Part shown: positions 56,361-64,000 of the stretch, piece by piece
Position numbering within the stretch: position 1 is the first letter of the stretch
Layout of the letters: every line of letters starts with the position of its first letter
NCBI GenBank assembly: GCA_029561175.1
Contig: JAKQJL010000025.1
Span: 3,582 to 67,581 of the forward strand
DNA length: 64,000 nucleotides
Source of the DNA: a bacterium
GTDB taxonomy: Bacteria; Patescibacteriota; Microgenomatia; UBA12405
Reading direction: 5' to 3'
Position numbers and translations under genes: made by a program
The notes under the pieces: model-generated
Told to the model about the DNA's origin: nothing
Seen by the model: the letters and a program-made list of their open reading frames with translations, nothing else
Database searches by the model: none

Positions 56361-56729
56361 ATGGCCATTCCTAAATTTAAACCACTCGCCGATTTATCAT
56401 CAAAATCAAAAAATATTTTAAAACCAGTTTTTGCTGTAGTCATCGCTATTTTGATGCTCGCTTTTGGCCTAGAATCTACCAATAACGACTGGGATTTAGG
56501 TAAACTCCTTTCCGGAGAATCTCTTTCCGAATCAAAAGTTATGCGCGATCTTGATGGTAATGTTGTCACCTCTGGTGGAAAATATACTGATCAATATAAT
56601 TGTTCCGATTTTAAAACCCAAGCTCAAGCCCAAAAATTTTTCACCAATGCTGGTGGTAAATCTAAAGATACCAATAATCTCGATGGCGATAATGATGGCG
56701 TGGCTTGCGAAAGCTTACCCAAAAATTAA
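56361..56729 (+). CDS. secreted Excalibur calcium-binding domain protein
   Basis: C-terminal [12 protein letters not shown] is the Excalibur DxDxDGxxCE motif; N-terminal TM. Confidence 0.55.
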   Translation: MAIPKFKPLADLSSKSKNILKPVFAVVIAILMLAFGLESTNNDWDLGKLLSGESLSESKVMRDLDGNVVTSGGKYTDQYNCSDFKTQAQAQKFFTNAGGKSKDTNNLDGDNDGVACESLPKN

Positions 56730-58066
56730 TTTCCGTTGACTTTAATATAGTTAATCGACGCTCCAAGTTGGGTGAGTCTTTCGGCTAATTTTTCATAGCC
56801 TCTTTCTATATATTCCACTCCTTCCACTGTCGATTCACCTTCAGCCATTAAAGCGGCTAAAGTTACTGTTGCTCCTGCTCTTAAATCGGCTACTTTTAAA
56901 TTAGTCGCTTTCAATTTGCATGGTCCATAAATTTTCACTCCATGCATAAATTCTGGTTTATCGCTTTCAGGGTTGAAATGGTAATAAGTTTCGGGGTTGG
57001 CTATTTCTGGTTGGAATAATTTTGTTTTGGCTCCCATTTGGTTTAACAATCCAATGTGTTGAAAACGTTGCGGATAAATTCTTTCGATCACACTACTTAC
57101 TCCCACTGCTTGGGTTAAAACCAAACTAAAAAGTGCTTGCCAATCGGTCATAAAACCTGGCTCTGGTTCAGTTTCAATATCAACTGCTTTTAATGGTCCT
57201 ATCCACTGAATAAAAACTTCATCTTTACCCCTATTTACTTTTGCCCCCATTTTTTCAATTGTTCTTAAAAACGTTTCAATAATTTGTGGTTCAATCCGTA
57301 AAATACTAATCGATCCTTTGGTGGCCAAAGCTGCACAAATAAATGTTACCGCTTCATTTCGATCAGAAATAACTTGATGGCTAGTTCCGTGTAATTTTTC
57401 TACACCTTCAATTCTAATTATAGTTGGGGTCTCTTTATCTCTTTCAATTCTCGCCCCCATGCCATTTAACATTTCAATTAAATCATCAATTTCTGGTTCA
57501 CAAGCCGCATTTCGAATCACACTTTTTCCTTTGGCCATTGCCGCCGCCATTAAAATTACTTCCGTTGAAGTATGGGATGGTTTATTAAAAGTAAAATCAG
57601 TGCCAGTTAATCCATTAGCAGCAGTCAAAGTACAACCATTTTCATTAATTTCCACCACTGTTCCCATTTGCTCCAAACAAGCAAAAAGCCTATCCAATGG
57701 CCTTTCTCCTAATTTATCTCCACCTGGGGTTGGAAAAGTTATTTTTCCGGTTCGAGCTAAAAGGGGACCAGTAAAAATAAACGAGGTTCTCGATTTTTCA
57801 CCAGCTCCACTAGGAACTTCACTCGATTTGATTTCTTTTGTTTGAATAATTAGTCCGTGTTCACCCACTGGTTTAAATTCTGCTCCCAAACTCTCAGCAA
57901 TACTTGACGTAATTCTCACATCCGAAATTTGGGGAATATTTGTTAGTTCTACTGGCTCATCAGTCAGCATTGATGCAATTATTTGCTTATAGCTGGCATT
58001 TTTTGCTCCCCGAATAATAACTTCACCGTTCAATGGTTTACCACCATGGATTATGTATTTTGACAT
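56726..58066 (-). CDS. murA: UDP-N-acetylglucosamine 1-carboxyvinyltransferase
   Basis: [24 protein letters not shown]..., 446 aa EPT fold. Confidence 0.8.
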   Translation of the reverse strand: MSKYIIHGGKPLNGEVIIRGAKNASYKQIIASMLTDEPVELTNIPQISDVRITSSIAESLGAEFKPVGEHGLIIQTKEIKSSEVPSGAGEKSRTSFIFTGPLLARTGKITFPTPGGDKLGERPLDRLFACLEQMGTVVEINENGCTLTAANGLTGTDFTFNKPSHTSTEVILMAAAMAKGKSVIRNAACEPEIDDLIEMLNGMGARIERDKETPTIIRIEGVEKLHGTSHQVISDRNEAVTFICAALATKGSISILRIEPQIIETFLRTIEKMGAKVNRGKDEVFIQWIGPLKAVDIETEPEPGFMTDWQALFSLVLTQAVGVSSVIERIYPQRFQHIGLLNQMGAKTKLFQPEIANPETYYHFNPESDKPEFMHGVKIYGPCKLKATNLKVADLRAGATVTLAALMAEGESTVEGVEYIERGYEKLAERLTQLGASINYIKVNGN

Positions 58067-58157
58067 ACAGTTAAAACAACTTATAATCTTAAAAGGGCTA
58101 TACTAATTTACACTATTAGTTATTCAAAGTCCATCAATTTAGAAATATTTATTACAT

Positions 58158-59219
58158 ATGGATATTGCCGTCGACAAAAAACTTCCCGCTCCTCCTATTA
58201 TTGATTCTCCAGAAACAAGATTCAGTAGAATTAATCACGATCTTAGGTCATCCTTGACTAGCGTTTATTCAAGTGTTGATTTTGTAGGTACAATAGGCAA
58301 AGAAGATTTTTGGCATGACTTATTACCTACTCTTTCTTGTCTTAAAGAATTTGTTGAATTAGAGAGTTGCCGCTACAAACCAGAAGTTAATTTTAAAAAA
58401 TTACTTATCGAAAACAAACCAGAAGACATCACATTATTTAAAGAATATTTTAATCAAGTTTATCAAGGGTGGATTATGGAAGGTAATTTATCAGCTGACA
58501 TTTCCTCTCTAAGTCTAGATGATAAAGCCAAAAGTCCTTATGACTTATATATATCTGCGTTAACCACAATAATAAAAATTGCTAAGCAAAAAGTTGATAC
58601 TCATCCAGAAATAAACGATTCGTTAGTACCACGATATAATCAAAAATATTATAAACGTAATTTAGCTAATCTTGAAGAAATGGTTCGAGATTCAAAACTA
58701 TATTTTGAGGGCGTCAACTATCAACCACAAATTTCAATAGAAAGCCCAATCTCAATTATGGGTTCGGTTGTTGATCAATTAATGGATTTAACTCAAAATG
58801 GTATGGGCGAAATTAGATATCAGTACCCAAAAGAAGATTTTCAGATTCTTACCGATCCTGTAATTCTCAAACATACCTTTTTTAATTTTTTAACTAATGC
58901 CGATAAATACGGAATTGACACTTCAGGTAAAAAACAACCAATTACTATTATTATTGATCACGTCGATGGTCAAACAATTATTTCTATAATTGATCAAGGT
59001 ATGGGGATGTCGCCAGATAAAATAAATGATATTAAAAACAAAATACCTGGTCGTGATAAAAATGCCAGAGAGTCTAATATCCCTGGTTCAGGTTTTGGTT
59101 TAGTTCAAATTGTTGAAATGGTCGAAAATCATTTACACGGTGAAGTTGAAATTACCTCCGAAATTAATAAAGGTACTGCTATTACTCTAATCTTGCCAGA
59201 TTTGGAATTGCCTCAATAA
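58158..59219 (+). CDS. cytoplasmic histidine-kinase-like ATPase (HATPase_c) protein
   Basis: H-box-like RINHDLRSSLTSV; G1/G2 boxes DQGMGMSPD...GSGFGLVQIV; no TM. Confidence 0.5.
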   Translation: MDIAVDKKLPAPPIIDSPETRFSRINHDLRSSLTSVYSSVDFVGTIGKEDFWHDLLPTLSCLKEFVELESCRYKPEVNFKKLLIENKPEDITLFKEYFNQVYQGWIMEGNLSADISSLSLDDKAKSPYDLYISALTTIIKIAKQKVDTHPEINDSLVPRYNQKYYKRNLANLEEMVRDSKLYFEGVNYQPQISIESPISIMGSVVDQLMDLTQNGMGEIRYQYPKEDFQILTDPVILKHTFFNFLTNADKYGIDTSGKKQPITIIIDHVDGQTIISIIDQGMGMSPDKINDIKNKIPGRDKNARESNIPGSGFGLVQIVEMVENHLHGEVEITSEINKGTAITLILPDLELPQ

Positions 59220-59233
59220 TGGTAAACTACCAT

Positions 59234-60328
59234 ATGAATTCATTGAGTATTGACGACAAACTTCATTTAATCACCCGCAATTGTCAAGAAGTTTTAACCG
59301 AGGCCGATTTAAAAGCTTTGTTATCTTCCGATAAACCAATTCAACACTATATTGGTTTTGAAATATCCGGCCAAGTCCATTTAGGAACTGGTATTATTTC
59401 TATGGGAAAAATCGCCGATTTTCTTAAGGCCGGCATTAAATGCAAAATCTTTTTAGCCGATTTCCACACTTACTTAAACAATAAATTAGGTGGTGATTGG
59501 GAAAATATTCGTTGGGCTTCCGAAAACTATTTTAAGCAAGCTTTAATTGCTTCTCTAAAGTGTTTCGATGTCGACGCTTCCCAAGTTGAATTTATTAGTG
59601 GTAAAACACTCTACGAAGAAAACCCACAGCATTGGGAAACTTTTATGCGAGTTGGTAAACATGTCACTCTTTCTCGCAATCTTAGATCAATTTCAATTAT
59701 GGGTAAAAAGCAGGGGACTGATGTTGACATGGCCACTCTTTTTTATCCTCCTCTTCAAGTCGCCGATATTTTTACCATGAACGTTAATTTGGCTCATGCT
59801 GGAATTGATCAACGCAAAGCTCATGTAGTTGCCCGCGAAGTTGCCCCCAAACTTGGCCACGCTACTCCAGTAGCTATTCACCAAAATTTAATTGCCGGCC
59901 TAACTCCACCCGAGCCAGGTGCCAACGATGAAGAAACTCTTAAAATGAGTAAATCCAAACCAAATTCGGCTATTTTTGTCCACGACACTCCCGACGAAAT
60001 TAGATCAAAAATCAAAAAAGCCTACGGCCCACCCAAAGAAGTTGAATTTAATCCCCTTATTAATTGGGTAAAAACCTTGGTGTTCTGGGGTGAAGAAGAA
60101 GGCGAGTTTAAAATCTCTCGTCCCGAAAAATTTGGTGGCAATGTTGTCTACACCAAGTTTGCTGATGTTGTGGTCGATTATCAAGCCGAAAAACTTTACC
60201 CTCTCGATTTAAAAAATGCTCTTGCCGATTGGTTAATCGACAAACTAGCCCCAGCCCGAGCTCACTTTGAAATCCCCCAAAATAAGGATGCCTTAGAGAA
60301 AATGAAATCTCTTTTAGCCCTAAAATAA
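59234..60328 (+). CDS. tyrS: tyrosine--tRNA ligase, archaeal/eukaryotic-type
   Basis: YIGFEISGQVHLGTGI (HIGH region) and KMSKSKPNSAIF (KMSKS); about 365 aa without the bacterial S4 domain. trpS is already present at 13659. Confidence 0.65.
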   Translation: MNSLSIDDKLHLITRNCQEVLTEADLKALLSSDKPIQHYIGFEISGQVHLGTGIISMGKIADFLKAGIKCKIFLADFHTYLNNKLGGDWENIRWASENYFKQALIASLKCFDVDASQVEFISGKTLYEENPQHWETFMRVGKHVTLSRNLRSISIMGKKQGTDVDMATLFYPPLQVADIFTMNVNLAHAGIDQRKAHVVAREVAPKLGHATPVAIHQNLIAGLTPPEPGANDEETLKMSKSKPNSAIFVHDTPDEIRSKIKKAYGPPKEVEFNPLINWVKTLVFWGEEEGEFKISRPEKFGGNVVYTKFADVVVDYQAEKLYPLDLKNALADWLIDKLAPARAHFEIPQNKDALEKMKSLLALK

Positions 60329-60368
60329 TTTTCAGTTATTTTTCAGGCAACTGGTTTTAAATACATTT

Positions 60369-61043
60369 ATGAAAATATTAGTTGTCGAAGATGATCATCG
60401 AATTGCCACCTCTCTTAAAAAGGGTCTCGAACTCGAACACTACACTGTCGACTTGGCTTTTGACGGTATTGAAGGCTACGATCTTGCCTCCGATGCCAAA
60501 TACGATTTAATTCTTCTAGATCTAATGTTACCCGGAATGGATGGCCTAGAAATCTGTCGAAAACTTAGGCAAGAAACAAACCATACGCCTATTTTGATGC
60601 TCACTGCCAAGTCATCTATCGAAGATAAAGTTACTGGTCTCAACGATGGCGCCGACGACTATTTAGCCAAACCATTTGCTTTTGAAGAACTACTCGCTCG
60701 GATTAAAGCCCTATCCCGTCGCCCTCAACAAGTAATCAATACTGTTTTAAAATACCAAGATCTCACTGTTAATTTGGAAACATTCGAGGTCACTCGAGCA
60801 AATAAAAAAATAATTCTTTCCCAAAAAGAGTTTCAGCTTCTCGAAACTTTTATCAAACATCAAGAAAAAGTTTTATCTAAAAATCAGTTAATCGATTATA
60901 TTTGGAGCTATGATGCCGATATCCTCCCCAATACAGTTGAAGTAAACATTCGCAATCTTCGCCAAAAAATCGATGTTCCTTTTAAAAAACCTTTAATTCA
61001 AACCATTCGTGGTTTTGGTTATAAATTATCCGTTCATGTTTGA
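60369..61043 (+). CDS. OmpR-family response regulator
   Basis: MKILVVEDD...DLILLDLMLPGMDG receiver plus winged-helix C-terminus. Confidence 0.85.
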   Translation: MKILVVEDDHRIATSLKKGLELEHYTVDLAFDGIEGYDLASDAKYDLILLDLMLPGMDGLEICRKLRQETNHTPILMLTAKSSIEDKVTGLNDGADDYLAKPFAFEELLARIKALSRRPQQVINTVLKYQDLTVNLETFEVTRANKKIILSQKEFQLLETFIKHQEKVLSKNQLIDYIWSYDADILPNTVEVNIRNLRQKIDVPFKKPLIQTIRGFGYKLSVHV

Positions 61044-62001
61044 ATCAGCCCGAATTAAATTAACTGCTTGGTACTGTTTGATCATTATGGCCATTTCTTT
61101 GGCCTTTAGTCTCACTATTTATCAAATGATGAATGTTGAGCTTCAACGTTTTGCTCGAAATCAACGCTTTCGACTCGAAAGAAAAGTTGAGTTCAAACTT
61201 CCACCTCCACCAGTAATCGACCCCGAGGTTTTAGCCGAAACTCAGCAAAGAATCATCGTCGTTTTATTGGGGGTTAATGGCATAATTCTAGTATTTTCGG
61301 CCACCTTGGGTTATTTTCTTGCTGGTCGGACCCTATCTCCAATTAAAAAAATGGTTGAAGAACAAAAACGGTTTATCGACGATGCCTCTCATGAAATCCG
61401 TACTCCCTTAACTGCTTTAAAAACCAATCTAGAAGTTAATTTGCGCGATCCAAACTTAAAGCTCAATGAAGCCAAAAAAGTTATCACTGAAAGTGTAGAA
61501 GAAACCAACAAATTAATTTTGTTATCAAACTATCTATTAAATTTATCTCGACTCGATCAAAATAAAATTAAGCTTCAACTAGAGACTATAAAATTTAATC
61601 AATTTAAATCTTTATTTTCTAAAAATCAGCGAATTAAATTTATTTCTTCGATTGTTTCTTTCACTGCCGATAAATCTCAAATCCAAGAATTACTTACTAT
61701 TCTAGTTGATAATGCCCTAAAATATAGTCAAAAAACAGTCAAAGTTTGGGCAAAAACTAATTCTAAAAATATTATTATTCATGTAAAAGACTACGGTATT
61801 GGCATTGATCAAAAAGAAATTCCTCATATTTTTGAACGTTTCTATCGTGTCGATTCTTCTCGCAATAAAACTGTGGCTGGCTACGGTCTTGGTCTATCAA
61901 TTGCCCGGCAAATTGTCGATTTGCATCATGGTCAAATTGTAGTTAAAAGTCAATTAAATCGAGGCACCGATTTTCAAGTTCATTTACCAATTAAAAATTA
62001 A
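61009..62001 (+). CDS. sensor histidine kinase
   Basis: 2 TM, HAMP-like region, H-box HEIRTPLTAL, HATPase G-boxes. Confidence 0.8.
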   Translation: MVLVINYPFMFESARIKLTAWYCLIIMAISLAFSLTIYQMMNVELQRFARNQRFRLERKVEFKLPPPPVIDPEVLAETQQRIIVVLLGVNGIILVFSATLGYFLAGRTLSPIKKMVEEQKRFIDDASHEIRTPLTALKTNLEVNLRDPNLKLNEAKKVITESVEETNKLILLSNYLLNLSRLDQNKIKLQLETIKFNQFKSLFSKNQRIKFISSIVSFTADKSQIQELLTILVDNALKYSQKTVKVWAKTNSKNIIIHVKDYGIGIDQKEIPHIFERFYRVDSSRNKTVAGYGLGLSIARQIVDLHHGQIVVKSQLNRGTDFQVHLPIKN

Positions 62002-62005
62002 TTCA

Positions 62006-62389
62006 ATGAAAAATATTAATCCCGTTCAAATCATTATCGCCATGGCTATTTTTGTTGCCGGCGTGACCACTGGTTACTTCTATCAAAAAAGTAAAACCCC
62101 AAACTTTCGTCAAATGGGTCAACAAATGGTTCAAAAAGCCAACCAACAAGGTCAACGAAAATTTCAGAATCGGCCTAACATGGGTGAAGTTACTAGTCTC
62201 GATGATAAATCGGCTACTATCAAAACTATCGATGGTAGTTCTCGAATTATTATTCTTTCCGATTCCACCACCTATACCCAAACTGCTCCCACCGATAAAA
62301 CTGGTTTAAAAGTTGGTGCTCAAATTTCCGTAATTGGTACTGATAACACTGATGGTTCAGTTACCGCTCAAACAATTCAGTTCAAATAA
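62006..62389 (+). CDS. hypothetical secreted protein
   Basis: 127 aa, N-terminal TM/signal, Gln-rich. Confidence 0.4.
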   Translation: MKNINPVQIIIAMAIFVAGVTTGYFYQKSKTPNFRQMGQQMVQKANQQGQRKFQNRPNMGEVTSLDDKSATIKTIDGSSRIIILSDSTTYTQTAPTDKTGLKVGAQISVIGTDNTDGSVTAQTIQFK

Positions 62390-62398
62390 TTAGTCCAC

Positions 62399-62428
62399 AA
62401 AAAAACCCGCCGATAAGGCGGGTTTTTA
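62399..62428. terminator. bidirectional rho-independent terminator
   Basis: AAAAA-CCCGCC-GATAA-GGCGGG-TTTTT between convergent genes. Confidence 0.6.
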
Positions 62429-62438
62429 AAGTTGTTAA

Positions 62439-62741
62439 TTAGTATCGAGGACGATTTCCACCAGCGAAATTATCTCTTCGTGGAGGTCTATCTTCCATTG
62501 GTCTGGCTTCATTAACATTAACGTCTCTACCGTCAATGTCTTTTTGATTCCACATTTCGATTGCTTTGGTGGCTTCTTCTTCAGTAGCCATTTCTACAAA
62601 ACCGAAACCTTTCGATCTTCCGGAAAATTTATCTTTAATAACAACTGCTGAGACTACATTTCCAGCTTGGGAAAATGCAGCTAGCAAAGAATCGTCGGTA
62701 GTTTGATAACTAAGGTTACCGACATATAGTTTTTTATTCAC
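62439..62741 (-). CDS. RNA-binding protein (RRM domain)
   Basis: RNP-2 LYVGNL and RNP-1 KGFGFVEM, with an RG-rich tail. Confidence 0.75.
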   Translation of the reverse strand: MNKKLYVGNLSYQTTDDSLLAAFSQAGNVVSAVVIKDKFSGRSKGFGFVEMATEEEATKAIEMWNQKDIDGRDVNVNEARPMEDRPPRRDNFAGGNRPRY

Positions 62742-62836
62742 TGTCTGACTAACATTTAAATATGAACCTCTCAGTTCACAATAAGTATTTTACCTTGGAA
62801 TCCCTAAAAAAACACAAGATAAAAAAGGAGTTATAA

Positions 62837-63292
62837 TTGCCTATGTTTTGGATTATTCTTGTTTTTATCTTTTTAATCTATCTTTCCTGGAAACAAATCA
62901 AAAATGGTCCAAAGATAGCCAAATTCATTTATGGATGGGGTTTTCCTTTGGGCTCCTTTGTTTGGGAAGATCTTTTGGTCTTTTCAATTTATGGTTCAAT
63001 CGCTGCTCTAATTACTCTTTTGTCTCACCAGCCAAAGATTGGCATTCTCATGGTTTTAGTCTTTTGGTTTATTCGAAGTCTAGGTGAGACTCTCTACTTC
63101 TTTTTGGAGCAATTTATTCAACCTCAACATTACCCCCACCGTCTTGAAAACCACTTCCAGCTACTCTATTTTTTCTTTGGAAAAATTTCCGATCAACAGG
63201 CCTTTATTATTCTTCAAGTTTTTTTCCAAATTATTTCGATGTTTAGTTTAACCGGGCTAATTCTACTTATTATCAATTGGTCATCATTCTAA
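62837..63292 (+). CDS. hypothetical polytopic membrane protein (paralog of 44991..45497)
   Basis: 151 aa. Shared FIRSLGETLYFF and SFVWEDL motifs with the 44991 gene. Confidence 0.4.
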   Translation: MPMFWIILVFIFLIYLSWKQIKNGPKIAKFIYGWGFPLGSFVWEDLLVFSIYGSIAALITLLSHQPKIGILMVLVFWFIRSLGETLYFFLEQFIQPQHYPHRLENHFQLLYFFFGKISDQQAFIILQVFFQIISMFSLTGLILLIINWSSF

Positions 63293-63976
63293 GCTCAACA
63301 ACCAGTTTTTGTAGATTGCTTCTAGTTCTTTAGCTATCTCTTTTGGTTCACTCGCTTTCAAAGATTTAATTTCCATTGTTCGGCTAAAGTTAATACTAAT
63401 TTTGGGCATCAATCTGTTAAATAGGGGAATTATTCTTAAATAATCCCAAGTTGAGGTACCCCTAATATACGCCATTACAATTTTAGTATTTTTATATTTT
63501 AAGTTTTTAATAATATGGCCAATGCCTGGTAAGAATTTATTGTTTTCTTCCCCAGCCATTGGAAAAATTGTTACCAACCCACCTTGATTAACTTTTTCAG
63601 CCGCCAAATTAATGCTTTCAATGTTTTTTTGATGTGATTCTTCTTTAGAGAACACTTCTGAAAAATGGAGCTTTCTTAATAAGTCTAGTTTCCACTTATC
63701 TCTTTTAGCTTCGTAAATTCGGTGGGTAATGAAAACTGGAATAATGTGTTTATCAATTGCTGGCAATAAACCCAGAAAACCGTGATTTGCCACCAAATAT
63801 TTATCTTTTCTTTTTTGCCAAGTAGATAAAATTAATAACACATCTATTTCAGCTGGGTGATTTGAAATAATAATTATTCTTTCTTTTTTAAATATTTTTT
63901 TCAGCTTCTGATCGTATCCTTTAATTACCACTCTGGTTTTGGTTTTTTCTAAAATATTTTTAAAGGTTTTAGCCAC
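63284..63976 (-). CDS. 1-acyl-sn-glycerol-3-phosphate acyltransferase (PlsC-like)
   Basis: NHPAEIDVL (HX4D acyltransferase motif) near the N-terminus, 230 aa. Confidence 0.6.
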   Translation of the reverse strand: MAKTFKNILEKTKTRVVIKGYDQKLKKIFKKERIIIISNHPAEIDVLLILSTWQKRKDKYLVANHGFLGLLPAIDKHIIPVFITHRIYEAKRDKWKLDLLRKLHFSEVFSKEESHQKNIESINLAAEKVNQGGLVTIFPMAGEENNKFLPGIGHIIKNLKYKNTKIVMAYIRGTSTWDYLRIIPLFNRLMPKISINFSRTMEIKSLKASEPKEIAKELEAIYKNWLLSLE

Positions 63977-64000
63977 CCCTTTTTCAATAATCTCCTGATT

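Noticed and set aside
5690-61235. Repeated CCACCTCCACC strings at about 5694 and about 61207 as a possible third repeat family
   Set aside because: Both simply encode PPPP runs (proline codons) in unrelated proteins. There is no shared flanking sequence or palindromic structure.
1-64000. CRISPR arrays, rRNA genes, transposase/IS elements, reverse transcriptases
   Set aside because: No regularly spaced direct repeats with unique spacers were seen. No 16S/23S/5S-like segments and no DDE or HUH transposase or RT motifs appear in any frame. The only repeat families seen are the GC-rich palindromes, the AT-rich TACGTATATCG motif and the 9-bp dnaG array.

Overview
This window looks like a low-GC, densely packed chromosome segment from a reduced-genome bacterium of the Candidate Phyla Radiation / Patescibacteria type. 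Support for that placement: an archaeal-type short TIM and an archaeal-type TyrRS in an otherwise bacterial gene set, a TsaC-TsaE fusion, desulfoferrodoxin, very small intergenic spacers, and many small membrane or secreted hypothetical proteins.

Core housekeeping genes are well supported: tsaD, valS, rplY, trpS, dnaG, rpoD, pyrH, murA, tyrS, greA, rnhA, polyprenyl synthase, an ABC-F ATPase, a MacAB-like efflux operon and an OmpR-type two-component pair. There are four tRNA genes: CAU, an unusual Ile-UAU, CAU on the minus strand, and Asn-GUU.

The main hunting results are:
(i) a family of GC-rich palindromic elements (C-rich / TGTCAA / G-rich) sits in-frame inside two coding genes (ComF and the ABC substrate-binding protein) and once between convergent genes. 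This is reminiscent of Rickettsia palindromic elements.
(ii) A conserved AT-rich 16-32 bp imperfect palindrome (TACGTATATCGAATTACG core) lies upstream of valS and trpS, at the L25 3' end and in tandem between two tRNAs. A second conserved box, TCTAATGTTAAA, sits just upstream of both aaRS start codons.
(iii) A tRNA-adjacent cluster contains a tyrosine recombinase, a VirD4/TraG-like coupling ATPase and a GIY-YIG nuclease. It may be a remnant of an integrative element.
(iv) An accessory island of about 12 kb (about 29.1-41.6 kb) is bounded by two paralogous half-MFS genes and ends at the 3' end of tRNA-Asn. It contains a ParB-nuclease-domain/SAM-methyltransferase fusion with ASCH and ClbS/DfsB neighbours, a CPBP (Abi-like) protease, a Cys-rich DUF3795-PKD membrane protein, a zinc-ribbon micro-ORF and another methyltransferase. 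This is the best candidate region for an undescribed defence or modification system.
(v) The remaining oddities are smaller: an NDT-like/RHH fusion, an unusually AT-rich membrane gene next to two small P-loop NTPases, a protein made of four tandem topoisomerase-type zinc ribbons, and a 9-bp tandem repeat abutting the dnaG start.

No CRISPR array, rRNA or obvious transposase was seen. All functional calls come from motif recognition by eye and need HMM or BLAST confirmation.
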